Below, one piece after another: positions 1-14,200 of a stretch of 64,000 nt of DNA. The stretch comes from Azolla caroliniana. Its lineage: Eukaryota > Plantae > Polypodiophyta. The notes beneath the pieces were generated by a model. The model was given only the letters and a program-made list of their open reading frames with translations, had not been told where the DNA came from and ran no database searches. The stretch's first letter is position 1; every line of letters starts with the position of its first letter. Both the position numbers and the translations under genes were made by a program. Where the stretch lies: positions 14,198,001 through 14,262,000 of the forward strand of contig JBHGNT010000018.1 in assembly GCA_043228905.1 (NCBI GenBank). Direction: 5' to 3'.

Positions 1-2268
1 AAAAGTACACAATACCTGGATAAGTATATGAGTAAAAGATGATTGGTTCTCTTGATATATATACACGTGGTTTGGGTCGTCAATGCTGACATGCTGATGC
101 GACCAAGGTTTGATATCGGTATGGAAGTGTGGGGTAGATTATTAATAGGCTAATACTGTATTTGTGTTTATAATGGTGAGATATCCTATTGTATTGTGAA
201 TCCAAACACATACTGTTTGTGGGATTTTTGCATTTACTACATATGGCTGGTCAGGTCTAGGGGATAAAGGCATCTTGCAGGCTACATGGCGCTTCTAGTG
301 GACAAAATTGGGAAAATATTGTGATCATTTGCGTTGACTGACCAATATCTGTATGTAAAAACTGTACCATCCAAATATGTCCGTGGTTGTATCTACTATG
401 ATTTTGGCAAATGTGTTGCTCATGAAGTCCGTCTGTGTCTACGTGTCCTGGATCAATTTGCCAGTCATTGATTGGATGTTCATAAAGAACGTGAAAAAGA
501 AGCAACTGAAGACTTATAACATTAATTCTGAAGTTTGCATCTTCAGTCAAGACGTTTCAATCCAGATTGTTTCAACTTGCTTACCCAAAAGACTTCTTGA
601 TGGATTTTTCAGCGCTTTAGAGTATTTGGGATATAACTGCCTTATCCCACTGTGCGAGGATGAAGTACAGAAACTAGAATAGGCTGGAAAAGATACATTT
701 TTTTAGTGATTATGTACAAAGTCTCTATCTGAATAAATTCATCAAGCAATTTTGGTAATCAATAGAAAGAGGTATTCTATTGTCAACTCTGTGTGTTGTG
801 AGGCCAAGTATATACTGTAGTTGTTTTTTTTGTCCATTGAGTATGGCTTGCCAGGTGTAGTGGATAAAATGCATCTGCTATGCTACAAGTTCCAGCTTCA
901 GAAAAATGCATCTCTTGAATGTTTGTGTAACTTCAAAATTTGTTTTTTCTGAAAATGAGTTTAGTTCTGTAAAGATTGATGTTTGTTTAGATACCAATTC
1001 GACTAGTTTTGTAGAACATTTTTCATACAACATACATTTTTCCAACCTCCTACATGACTATTTTTATACTTTGCATAGATCTTTAGGAAGTATTTGTATT
1101 AATGGTATGGAATCATTCTGTATGTCCCATGGTCATAGAGCCCATAGAAAAAGTAATGTAAAATGATGTATTGCAATGTGCTTTCCCAAATTCCTATCAG
1201 CCAATTGTATTGAAGATTTTTTATATTTAACAGTTGCCTATAGTGCAATACAAACGAAAAGGTTATTAGATAAAGCATCTTTGTACTATGCCTTTCAGTC
1301 ACCTAGAAACCCATTGATCATGGTACAAAAGTTTACATATGATGTTGGTCGATTTATAATAAGATACACATGGTTACATTATGCTTTTGACAGAATAAAA
1401 ACACATTATCACAGCTTCACATGTTTACAGATACAATGCCATATACTTGTTTTCTCCTAATAAAATCTCTCTAAACTTTCCAGTACTTAATGGTAAACCA
1501 TTGCTAAATTCTTTGAAGTTTATGTTGGTAAAAACTATCTCACAAGCGCAACTTTAGAGTAGATTTGTACAATGTGACACTGTTTTTATTTCTTTCATCA
1601 AACTTGAGCCATCTTCATTAAAATCTACACAACTCATTGTCATTCATGACATGAGCCATCTTCATCTGCTTTTGAAATTTCAAATACAGCCCTCTTTTCC
1701 TATTAAATGTAATATGTGGAATTGAGTGGGGTGATCAAGTTTTGTTGCAGACATGTTTACAAAAAAATCATGCTCATAAGACGCTAGCTTCACTCAACAA
1801 TGCTAGATTCATAACATTGAAATAATCATTTTTGTTAAAAAAAAACCATTCACGATTTAAGCCAAAATTGTTCTCATCATCACGTACAAGATGCATTATC
1901 TTCATCAAATATGAACTCAGGTTCCATCCATTTTCCTACTGCACTTCAGTTTGTTTGAACCACAAATTTTGCAATCATTACTCCATTTTCCTACTGCACT
2001 TTACTTTGCTTGAAACACAAATTTTTGCGATCATGTCAGTGTCTGGTTGTCTACTCTTTAAAATGATCCCTCATACTCCAAAGATTCCTAGAGATCATTT
2101 CAATAGATGATCATTTTACAGGATTTCTTATAGTGCCCTATATGTATATGTAAGTTGATGCTGCCAATTTCATTGCAAAATATACTTATTCACAGAAATA
2201 TTGCTGAGCATATATTTTGGTATTTATAATCATATAATCAACATACAAACAAATCTTACAAATCAGGC

Positions 2269-5200
2269 TCAATATTTTGAGAATATTTCTCGTGTTGTGT
2301 TCTCAAGATCGACCAGAAAAGATCCCTGTACAAAGGAGTCCATGGCTCTCAGCAAACTGAAATACAGCTCACCTCCATCCTATAAATCCAGTGAATTACA
2401 ACCAATTAGTGAGGAACCAGGCATTTAAACGTTACATCAGAGAATTAGGATGGAGAACCTGAGGTTTCTTGTAAACCAGATCTGTGGGAGTGAAAGGTAC
2501 CATATAACCTGGCAAATCTGTCCTCAAGGTCACCTGCAAGAAAAAAAAATTGGTATGAACTTACCTAAGTGGTAATTTATTAGACTACCAACACAAGGCC
2601 TTGGTTCAAGGCCTGACTTTCACACCTCTTTATTAGACCATATGTTTTTCCTAGTTTATTAGATGGCCCTGCGGAATGTTAGGGGCAGAATGCATAACCT
2701 TCTGGTCTCCATCAGACAACCTTACCAACTGAGCTACAACCAGCATATAGTTCATTTCATCAGCTACGACATACATGATACAAGCACAATGTTCTATATA
2801 TTCTCTCATTTTTTTCAAGGGTATAGTTCCTAGAAGCAATTATATAAAGGCCAGTATTTCGGGGGGATTGATTAATTTAAACCACATTTGTCAAGAAGTA
2901 CATCAGATGTGTAACATCCTTCAAACATCAAGGACATTGTTTACTGAGGCCACCTGTCAAACGTGTGCTCTTGGCCACACCATTGTCTGCATCATGGTGC
3001 ATATGGAAGACTTGCTACGACGCAGTGAACAACTTCGTAATATACATATATTACTCTTTCTTCTAGATGCTGGGGTCTACAGTTTCTGCCTCTGAAGTTC
3101 ATATCTTCAGTTTTTCACATATAATACACAACGTTGTGCAGCCTACAGGTTTTATATCTGCTTCACAGTAATAAGCATTTGCAGTAATGTTTTCTTTATT
3201 ACTCTCAAAGCACAAATACTTGGGTTCGTCCAATAAGCACAAACCAAATCTGGTGTTAGGGTGTTTTGATGTGATCCCAAGATTTGTTCTGGACATTACT
3301 GCAAATAGCAAGGTTGTAATGTCATTTCTAGACTCCATAGTATGAGCATTCATGTTATTCATAACATATGAAAGCTGAACCTCAAATTTGCTATTTCTTC
3401 AGATGAGGATTTTGGTAGTTTGTAGCAGTGGTGACAAGTGATATTTAGCTAGCAGCTCTACTTGGGCATTCTTATCCTGACTGTGTTCATTCCCCTCTAT
3501 GGTTGTGGTAAAGTAGACTATCTTTATTAGCACATGATCCGTAAATCCTGTTCTGTCTATGTTAATGTAGTAAACATCCTTTATCTACGATAGTATAGTG
3601 TTGCTTATATCCTTTTAGCATTGCATGGACTTACAACTATATACCGATTTATCTAAAACTATTATCAAAGCTGCAAATTTAGGTTCATTCAGCTTACCAA
3701 GCGTTTCCCGAGAAATACTCCACCATTATCTGCCAACAATCCCTGCATTCAATTCAAATGGGGTTCAATACACCAAACTTCAATTATTGCCATATTGCAT
3801 TGATGCAATTGTTCCTTACGGGTACAAAATGCATATTCAACAATCCCCTAATGATTTTCTTCCTCATCCTCACTCCAAAGTAATGACTACAAACACAGAT
3901 ATGTTTGGTAGTTCTTCATGGAGAAACTGCTAAAGACATCAGAATAGACACACCAAAAATCAACATTTCACCTCACATACCCCCTTTAACAATGCAAATT
4001 AGGCCAGAAGCATCAGGGATTTACAACAAGAATCAGAGGGAGACCATATTAAAGTGTTAGTAAAATTTCTCGCTTTGCAGGGCATGGCATGTCCTTGGAC
4101 TATGATCGTCAACTCCAACTCCCGCTTGTTATCACCATTGAAAACATTTGTTTTCCTTGAGTCACTTAGCCATGTACCAAAGATGTTACTTTCAGTTCAT
4201 AACCAACTCTCATTTTTCAACGTGTTTCAAACATTATGCCAAAATGTAGATGTGCCAACAACTGAGTTAAAATTGAACGAAGAAAACAATGGAACAAAGG
4301 TCAAGATATGTGAAGATTGTAAACTCTAATGGCAATTCCAATGGGGAAAATCCAAAATTTTCGTATAGATAGAGATTAGGCTTAAACTGCAATTTTGGCA
4401 CAGTATATCTACAATTGACTATTACCTCAAGAGCTCTCTTTCCTTTCACCTTACTTCTTTCCTCAACTAGCTTCTCCAACGATCCTGGTAAATAAACAAA
4501 AAACAGAAACAGAATGGAAATATGGTTATGTAATACACCGTAAATCCTTCAATGTGGCAAAATATTTTCCTACTAGTAGTGTCTGGTGTACAAAATCCAC
4601 ATTCAGAACAGATAGGTACCATAGTGCTTGATGAGCTTAACAGCAGTTTTCTCTCCAATGCCAGATACACCTGTGGATATCAATGTAAGCAAATGCAACA
4701 TGAAGGGAACTTAAGAGTTTATGATATTCATGTTCTTTACACAGTACAAATATACTGCTCAATGGCATGATACCTCTCCACAATGGCTTCTTGGACATAT
4801 CACTTACAGACTCTCTTAAGTTCTTTGCATTAGCTTTGTCTTTGATGAAAAGGACACTTCTAATTAAATATCTAATATTTGGCATTTGTCCACGTGAATT
4901 CAATAGTGGCCACTGGCAACAAACAAAACATATCATTTAAATTTGATGTGCTTACTGCACCTGGAATATTATCGATCCGATCTCCCATTAAAGCGAGTAT
5001 GTCCACAAATTGTGATGGTTGCAAACCTCCAAATCTTTCTTGGAAGTCTTCAAGACCAAAAGATACAATTCTACAAACAGAGGATGTTCACGAATCATTC
5101 TGAAAAGCATCTCAACAGACCACAACAAGAAAAACAAGAGCTAAACAAAATAGAAGGAAACAAGCCATTCCAAACATGCAGAAGATATACACTAAACAAA

Positions 5201-8200
5201 GTCATAAACACAAACAGTAAGTTAAATTTGCAGCTGACATATACTCCATAATGACAATAACATCATCATCGCACAAAACGTCTATATAAGTTTCCTCTCA
5301 GTTATTCATTGTGTAAACTCTAAGAATTAGAAGCAAACACACTACTAAAATAAATAAATTGAATGAACCTGACTCACCCTGATCCACGAGGGACAAACCG
5401 ATAAAGGCGCAAAGAGGAAGAAAGAAGTTGAAAGAAATCTTTATCTGTTGATAGCACACGAACCTGCAGGAAATCATGAGTAAAACCTCATATTCAGAAA
5501 AACCAATAGATTGGGCAGGAGAAAGGTTCTACTCTGCATTCCAGATGATAAAAGAAGTTCACTAGATGGATGAGGACATACACATTGGAAATTCAAATTG
5601 AATGGTTAATAGATTCTCATAGACTATAGAATAATGGGGCTGAAACCATTAACCCTCTAATATTGCTACAATTATTTAACCTATCACACTGTTAACAATA
5701 ATTATTGTAAGCAAATGAAAAGAAGTAGAAATAGATGCTCATAATCAAGTTATCACAGATATTCCAAACCACCAATAGATGCTCATGTTAAAGAATACAG
5801 CTATTATAGAAGCAAATATTTGTTAAAGACGTTTTATTTTTTCTTGTGTTCACTAAAGAGGTCAAACAACTTATTGATATGTGCATATACATCACTAGAA
5901 CTTGAGCACCATGGTTATTGAGCATCAAACAATGAGGAGAAATCAGAGCACAAGATATATCATTCAGGCAAATTAAACTCACTTTCTTCATCACAAATGA
6001 TTACCATTTGAGGTTCAAATGATCCTACAATATAATAAGTGGCTATAGGTGTTATAACATCAGACTTACATGTTTCACAAATTACAAACTCATTAGTCCA
6101 GTAAAGTGTCAAGATTCCTGCAGCAATGAAGCAGTTATGTAAACTTTAACACCAGAAAGAACACAGGCACACAATTTTGCTTCTATAGGAAATTTAAGAT
6201 TTCATACAAGAAGAGGTGAAGCTGCATTTTGAGAGCACAAGTATCAATGCGTTTTAACAGACACGTTAAAAACCTTAAGAAAAACGCAGCTTCTGTATCT
6301 ATGTGGCCAGTTCTTCTAGCCTTCATACGATGAACCTTCATTTGCGTCTCCAATTACGCCTTCACCATGACGCTTGTCCAGCCAGCATGGCTGGTCATGT
6401 TGACAATGTATGTAAATACAGTGCTATCAGAATAATTCAGATAGGGGAGGACAATATAGAGTAGTTTGAGCTTGAAGTTTATATAGCAAATAAGTGTGAG
6501 TACTGTTACAAGATAAGGTTTTACAGATTAAGCTCCATAAAGGCTTGATGCACACTTGGTTGTTTTTATAGCATTCAAGCTCCAAATCACAAGGTAAATT
6601 TTATGAAAATATTTCAACCCAAATTAAAAGTCGATCAAATTAAATATAGTACAAAAACGCACCAAGAATGGAGCGCACTAAATTCAACACAATAGAACAG
6701 AAGTAAAAATACAGTTGGAAATAAAACTAGATCATTTCTACTGAACCAACAGAAGCTTAAATCTTAGTCAATTAGCAATTAAGGTCATCTACCTCTTAAA
6801 AAGTTTAGGTGGGACGCAATGCTTACAATTTTATGAATGAACTTTTATCTACATATACAAACCAGAACTTATTGCTTATTCGTACACATAGACAACTCTA
6901 TTTGAACAAACCTTTATTCCATCCTTGACCGCACTCATTGCCAATGTTCCTATGACATCATCAGCCTCCACGCCGGGCACCTAAACAAACAATGTATGAG
7001 CCTCTACACATCTTCTTGCACCTCATTCGTTTCAGACATCACATTACCTGGATTGTTTTCAAGCCCATTGCAATAAGTGCTGGTTTCAGATACTGAAGAG
7101 CCTGAATCACTGTGTCAGGTGTAGGGCTTCGGTTCAACTTGTAGCTAGAATACAAAGTATGGCGAAATGTCAAGCCTGTCAATAGGATGGAAGAAGAGCA
7201 TATGAATATATATTTCAGAATATTACCATTTGAAGTATATAAGTCAATAAGTATGTAAGCTTGCAGCCATACTACATAGCAATAAATAAAATCAGTCTAG
7301 TGCACATTACAAATATGGATAAACAAGTAGCATAAAAATGGTGGTCATGGAAAATTGTTTATTTTGTCAGTGAGTTTCAATAATATAGATTACTATTTGA
7401 TATATACAATGACTACCATTGGCAATTTGGAATAGGTTTTTCTTTATAATATGCAATGTTTCCTTTTGGAAGGATCATTTATAGGATTACAGATCATGCA
7501 TACAATGTTAATTCAATTAACAGCATTCTCCTCAGAATTCTGCAGTTTCGGACACTGACTCTTTCAAATACCTTCATGATCAAACACAACCTGGGAACAA
7601 AATATATACAAAAAAAAATACACACACAAGGATAAATCAATATAGATAAAAGTAGCAAGAATGATCAGTAAGAAGGAATGGGAGGGCATATACCGCTACA
7701 TGTGATGGTATGAGTTCGAAGATTTTCAATACCTGTTTTTGTCACAACAACGAAGAAATATGAGCCCTCATCCTGACACAAGACAAAGAAAATACAACAA
7801 AAAATTGCAAGCTGTTTTCAAAAAGGGTGAAAGAGCTTCCTTTAATACAAATGGGACATACCACTCTATACGACATATCCAAAAAGTTCTAGACCTTCTA
7901 ATTCTCGACTCAGAGTCATAGCATAACAGGATACCACTCTCATTAAAGACATAAATCCTGTGCCGATGTTATTATCGTCTGTACTGCAGAAGGTAATGTG
8001 TGTTCCCTATTGAAATGATAGGAGCCTATGTCACACCTAATATCCCTTGATGCCCTGAAACTAGATGTTCATCCATGTTGGATCGACCTATGCTAGAGAT
8101 CTATTGAAGACAAAAATTACAATCTATCTAACTTGAGAATCTCCCATGTACCGATAACAAGATTCTTTAGTCACGTTTTATGTTTACTTACTTATTTGCT

Positions 8201-11200
8201 TATTTACATTTATTTCTGTTTGTTCTCAAAGATGAGACAACATATTAAGATGCAGTCTCTTGTTTGGTCTTACAGGCCATTTTGGTTTCTTAAAAAGACA
8301 TTAATATATCTTTCTTTTTTCCCTAACAGGCATTTACACCAACACTTCACTTTGCATCCATACCCTTGTGATAATTAAATGACAATTATATGCTGCCCAT
8401 ATTAAACCATTTATTCCTCAATACATGTAATGCATCACAAGAAAAAATACACCTGCCTTCTACAATCATTCACCCTACTTATGGATCATGAGGCAACTTC
8501 TAACAGCAGTCATTCTAGAATGTTGTCTAACATCGCATTTTCATCGTACCTATGATGCATTCTCAAATGAAATGAAGTGAAAAATAAAATAGAAACTCAA
8601 AATTTCCCTTCTTTTCTTTACATTACGTTTGTCCACATATTTTTATAGGCAACAATAGGTATTTTGTAGGGTATAATCGAATTCAGCTAAACAAAATTTC
8701 CAATATTTTGTTGTATTTTGAAATAAGATATCTGACAGAAAACTAACCGTGGAAAGAGCAGTAAAGACTGTCAGCACCCAATCGCCCTCACCAAATGAGT
8801 CATCAAAAGTTTCGTATTGCAGTTTGGCTTCATATAAACAACAAATATACATATCATTCAAGAAGACCAGAAAACATATTTCCAGAAGATGATCTAGAAT
8901 CTCAATTCCACAATGAATTGTATTGAGATTTACAAACAATAACATTTCAAGTTAGAACATACTCATGAGTTTGTAATAGGCCCGATAGACAACAGCCTTT
9001 CCATCAATAAGGATAAGTTTTTTTTCTCGCAGTGAAATAGATTTTTGAGTGGATTGTTGGATGGGAAATGCAACAAGAGGTTGATCATCAGGTAAAGCTA
9101 AAATGACCTTCTGTAAGAAAAAAAGTCAAGCATCAGAGAAACTCTAAAAAGTCAAACTAGATAATTACATCCCTAGATAACAATTCAATGCAAGTGGATA
9201 GCCATCCAGATGAATGATGATTCTTGGCTATTAAGCTCTATGTCAATCTTGAGATCTAGAACTTTAAAGAATGTTGGATTTTGAAAAGGACCAACTTTCT
9301 GAAAAAAGTACATATTGGAAACAGCATAAACTAGAGTGTAGAATGCATGAGGGACAGCCTTTGTGAAGAGACTGAACATTTCAGTTGCATTCTTAAAAAT
9401 GCCTACAATACATCTAGCAATGTTATCATATGCGATGATTGTACTATATTTTGTATTATTGGTTCAAATCCAAATGAATCCATAACTTTGTAACATAATC
9501 TCTTTGACTCATAATTTTGTAACGTGCTCCCTTTGGAGAGCATCAGATGCTTTTGCACCATCCACTAGCAATACAATTCATGAGAAATTGTCTAATATGA
9601 AATGCAAAATTTTAGGAACCATTTTGACATGGCATGCATCATTGTCATTTGCCACCTAACGATGTTATCCATGTTGTCTTCTAGGAATATCAGCATATTA
9701 ATGAATGTGCAATCCAGATGACATATTAAGGTCTCTGATATGAATATGAGGACATTAACGTGACTCCAAGTATAGTCGATAGTAGGTCAATATCGATGCA
9801 TCACATTAGTCCCCTGTTAAATATGAGAGGTGGCATGTATATGAAATGGGCCTTGCACATTTAAACTATGAAATGTAAGATGACAATTGATGAAAGGCAT
9901 TCCCAATTAGCATTTTGGGAACTCAGCAAAAAGATGAAGTTCCAACTTCTCTATTCAGTCAATAAATGCAAGACAAAGAGAACCTTATAAAGGATCTTTG
10001 TTATCATTCATGGAATAATTCTTAGAACTCTAATAAAAAGGATGTATTCAAGAACACGTGATCAAGTTGTAGCTAGAGGGGTATGAATGCTAAAATGGTA
10101 GCCAAGAACTTATATATCTCATGTTTAAAGGCATGCTCATCCGTCTCCCTAACTCAAAAACTAAGAATAATGTTACTAATCATGTAAGATGCTACAGCAT
10201 GGCATTTGTTAGCATTCGACGTTAGATGGAATAAGATATTAACACTTAGTGTTAACATCCAGACATATATCCATATATGAAAATATCAGATGAAAGGTAG
10301 TTACAATCTGCAGATTGTAAGGAACACATGTAGGATCTCACGATGTTAAGATTTACTGGAATGACATGCTAAAGAAAAATGAGAAGGCACATCTGTTCAG
10401 TAATATACATTGGTATGTCACAACTGGAGGGAGAAAATACAGAGATCGCTCCTTTTTACATGAGGAGAAAGTTCCTCTTTATAAAGGCCAAGATATGGCC
10501 GTTGGGCTAACTAGCTGTTGGAAATAACTAGCCGTTGGGCTAGCCGTTATAACTTTTAAACATTCTCAACACTCCCCCTCAAGATGGGCGAAAAATATCC
10601 ACTAAGCCCATCTTGTCACACAATCTAGTAAGACTTACTGGCCCAAGTTCCTTTGTAAGACAATCTGCTACTTGATGTTCAGTAGAAACATGACTCAATT
10701 TTAATATTCCATTATCAAGCTTTTCCTTGATAAAGAATCTGTCGATTTCGATGTGCTTGGTCCTATCGTGCTGTACCGGATTGTTGGCAATGTTGATTGC
10801 TGACTTATTGTCACACCACAACATCTGATTTTCTTAATTCACCTTTAGTTCTACTAGGAGAGTTCTCAGCCATAACATCTCTGCAACTCCTATAGCAATA
10901 GCTTTATACTCTGCTTCCGCTGTTGACCTTGCTACTACTGAATGTTTCTTACTCTTCCAAGAGACCAGATTGCCTCCAACAAACATGCAGTATCCTGATG
11001 TGGATTTCCTATCATCAGCACAACTAGCCCTATCAGAATCACAATAGCCCTCAATGTTAAAATGACCATGTTTTCTAAAGATTAATCCCTTCCCCGGGGC
11101 ACCTTTGAGATATCTCAGAATATGGTACACTGCATCCATATGATCTTTCCTCGGATCATGCATGTAGCGACTTACCACATTTACTGCAAATGAAATATCT

Positions 11201-14200
11201 GAACGGGTGTGAGTCAAATAAATCAGCCGAGCTACCAATCTTTGATACCTTTCATGATTAACTTTCTCTCCTGCAAATTCAGTTAGCTTGATCTTTTGGT
11301 CGATTGGAGAAGCTACGGGCCTACAACCCAACATTCCAGTTTTTGTGAGAAGATCTAATACATATTTTCACTGACATAGAACAACTCCTTCTGCTCCACA
11401 AGCTACCTCAATTCCAAGAAAGTATCGTAACAATCCTAGATCCTTCACCTCAAACTCTTTACCCAATTGCACCTTCAATTGGGCAATTTCCCCTTCATCG
11501 TTACCCGTGATAATTATATCATCCACATACACAGCAAGTAATGTAGTATGCTCCTTGTGTTGTCGAAAAAACACTGTATGGTCTACATTTGTTTGTTGGT
11601 ATCCCATACCCACCATAGCCCTTCTTAACCTGTCGAACCAAGCTCGAGGAGATTGCTTCAGTCCATAAAGCGACTTCCTTAGTCTGCAAACCTTACCTAT
11701 TGTTTGAATTGTATGAAAACCTGGGGGGACATCCATGTACACTTCCTCCATCAACTCTCCATGAAGGAATGCATTTTTTACATCTAATTGATGTAATTTC
11801 CAATCCTTATTCACTGCTAAGGAAATAAGTGTTTTAACAGTGCTCATCTTCGCCACAGGTGCAAAAGTCTCATCGTAGTCAATGCCATATGTCTGACTAT
11901 ATCCTTTAGCCACCAATCGTGCCTTGTATAGATCTATTTTTTCCTCTGGGGTCTGTTTTATTGTAAACACCCATTTGCACCCAACCGCCTTCTTTCCTAG
12001 TGGTAGTGACACAATCTCCCAAGTTTTGTTCTTCTCAAGAGCTCCGAGTTCTTCTTGCATGGCTGCTTTCCATTTGGATCTTCTTTAGCAACCTGCCAAC
12101 ACTTGGGTAAAGTGACAGAGTCTAATGATGCAGTGAATCCTCTATGTGTAGTTGATATGTTAGAATAAGAGATAAACTGAGCAATATCATGAGGAAAACC
12201 ATAACGATCAAGAGGGACTCCTGCATTATTGCGAGAGGTCCTCCTAATCTCTATAGGAGGAGAGGAAATCATATCACCTGTGATTTATGGGTTTGGGAGT
12301 TCTGTAAGTATTTCAGAAGTCGAGGCAGGTCGGGACATGGAACTTGATGGCACATGTGGCACTGAAGATGTGTTCATATTTCCTTCTTTCTACCTCTTCT
12401 TCCTTGTATAAACCTTTAGCTCCCCCTCAACTTGAGTCCCAACACATATAGGCTCCTCGTCTTCATTTCCTTCTTCTTCCGTACTACATACGTTCACTTG
12501 TTTCTCAGTTGATGTAGGGATCAATAAAGGAATTGATCCTATTTTTAGCAACCTCCCACCATTATCTCCTTCCCTCATATTTTCAGTCTCAATTAAGTCA
12601 TCAAAGGGTGAAGTTATCCCTTGTTTATAATATGGCTCTGACTCTCTGAAATGCACATCCATCCTCACAAATAATCTCTTCTCTACTGAACTCCAACAAA
12701 CATAGCCCTTTTGTGTGGCAGAGTATCCCACAAATACACATTTTATAGCTGTAGGATCAAGTTTTCCTACAGATGGTCTACTGTCCTTTACAAAACACAC
12801 ACATCCAAACACCTTCAAAGGAAGGATTCCAGAGTTATTGCCTTGCAACAACTCACATGGAGACGTCCACTCCAATACTCTAGAGGGCATTCTATTGATC
12901 AATGTGGCAACCGTCAAAACTGCCTGTCCCCACAACTGCTTTGGGACATTCATAGAAATCATCATGCTTCTCGTTACCTCTAGAAGATGTCTTTTCTTCC
13001 TCTCTACTACTCCATTTTGTTCTGGTGTACATGGGCAAGTACTTTGATGTTGTATTCCTTGATCTGAGAGGTATGCCCTAAATGTCATGTTAGCATACTC
13101 TGTTCCATTATCATACCTCAACACTTTTACTAGTGCACCATATTGAGTTTTAACTGCTCTATGAAAATCTTTAAAACAAGCAAATACTTCATTCTTTTTC
13201 CTCATCAAAGATAACCAAGTCACACGAGAGAAGTAGTCAATGAAAGAGACAAAATATCGATATCCATTAATAGAACTTGTGGAACATGGTCTCCAAACAT
13301 CGGAGTGTATTACATCAAATGCATGGGAACTCCTATGACCTGAACTAGCATATGAGCTTTTAGTAAGCTTACCAAATTCACATGCATCACAAACAAGTTT
13401 TGTTTTATCAACCTTTTCAAAAAGGTGTGGATACACCCGACTCAAAACGCCATAAGAGGTATGTCCCATACGTTGGTGGTAAAGTATCAACAACTCCTCA
13501 TAACTCATTTTAGATCCCCTTACATCTGTTCCCTCTACCATAGATGTTAATGTTGAATCCAGCCCTTCACGATCCAAATACCATAGTCCACTATGCCATG
13601 TGCCAATCCCAAGTCTCCGACCTGTCCCTTTCTCCTGGAATATCACCTTGGGAATATCAAAAGAAACAACACAGTTTAGAAGGTGTATGATAGAACTAAT
13701 GGATAATAAGTTTACTGGGAAAAGGAGCATGCAACACATTAGACAATGTCACAGAGTCGGTACAATTTACTGTACCTATACCCACTATAGGTTGTGTTGT
13801 ACCATCAGCAATTTGAATGCTTTCTGGCATTGATAAGTCAGTATACAAGGAGAATTCACTAGTATTACATGTTACATGCCTAGATGCACCAAAATCAATT
13901 ATCCATTCTGGAGTAGAGGCAAGAGTATTTGTGTTGCTAGTACTTGTGGCTAAATAAGCATAGGTGGCAATGTTACCTCTTGACATGAATGAAGTATCAT
14001 CTGCGGCTCTTTGCTTCCTCCTAAGTATTTCTAAGAGTGCTTGATCCTCTTCGGTGAACACCACCTTAGTTCCTTCCTCTTCTTTTGTTACCATCAAGTT
14101 TGCTTGGTGACCTCCTCTTGCACCTCTAGTTTGTCCACATCCTCCATATTCTCTCTCCTTCAATGGTTTAGGGCAAGCATTCTCTAAATGACCAGCTTCA

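Noticed and set aside
1-700. Possible 3' end of a + strand gene (frame ending TGA at 40-42; ORF 377-682)
   Set aside because: No recognisable domain and no consistent splice chain; cannot be supported from this window.
4806-4912. AG/GT-flanked open stretch between exonuclease exons 9 and 10
   Set aside because: Exons 4961-5070 and 4620-4670 already join in phase to give the continuous H3TH motif, which this segment would break.
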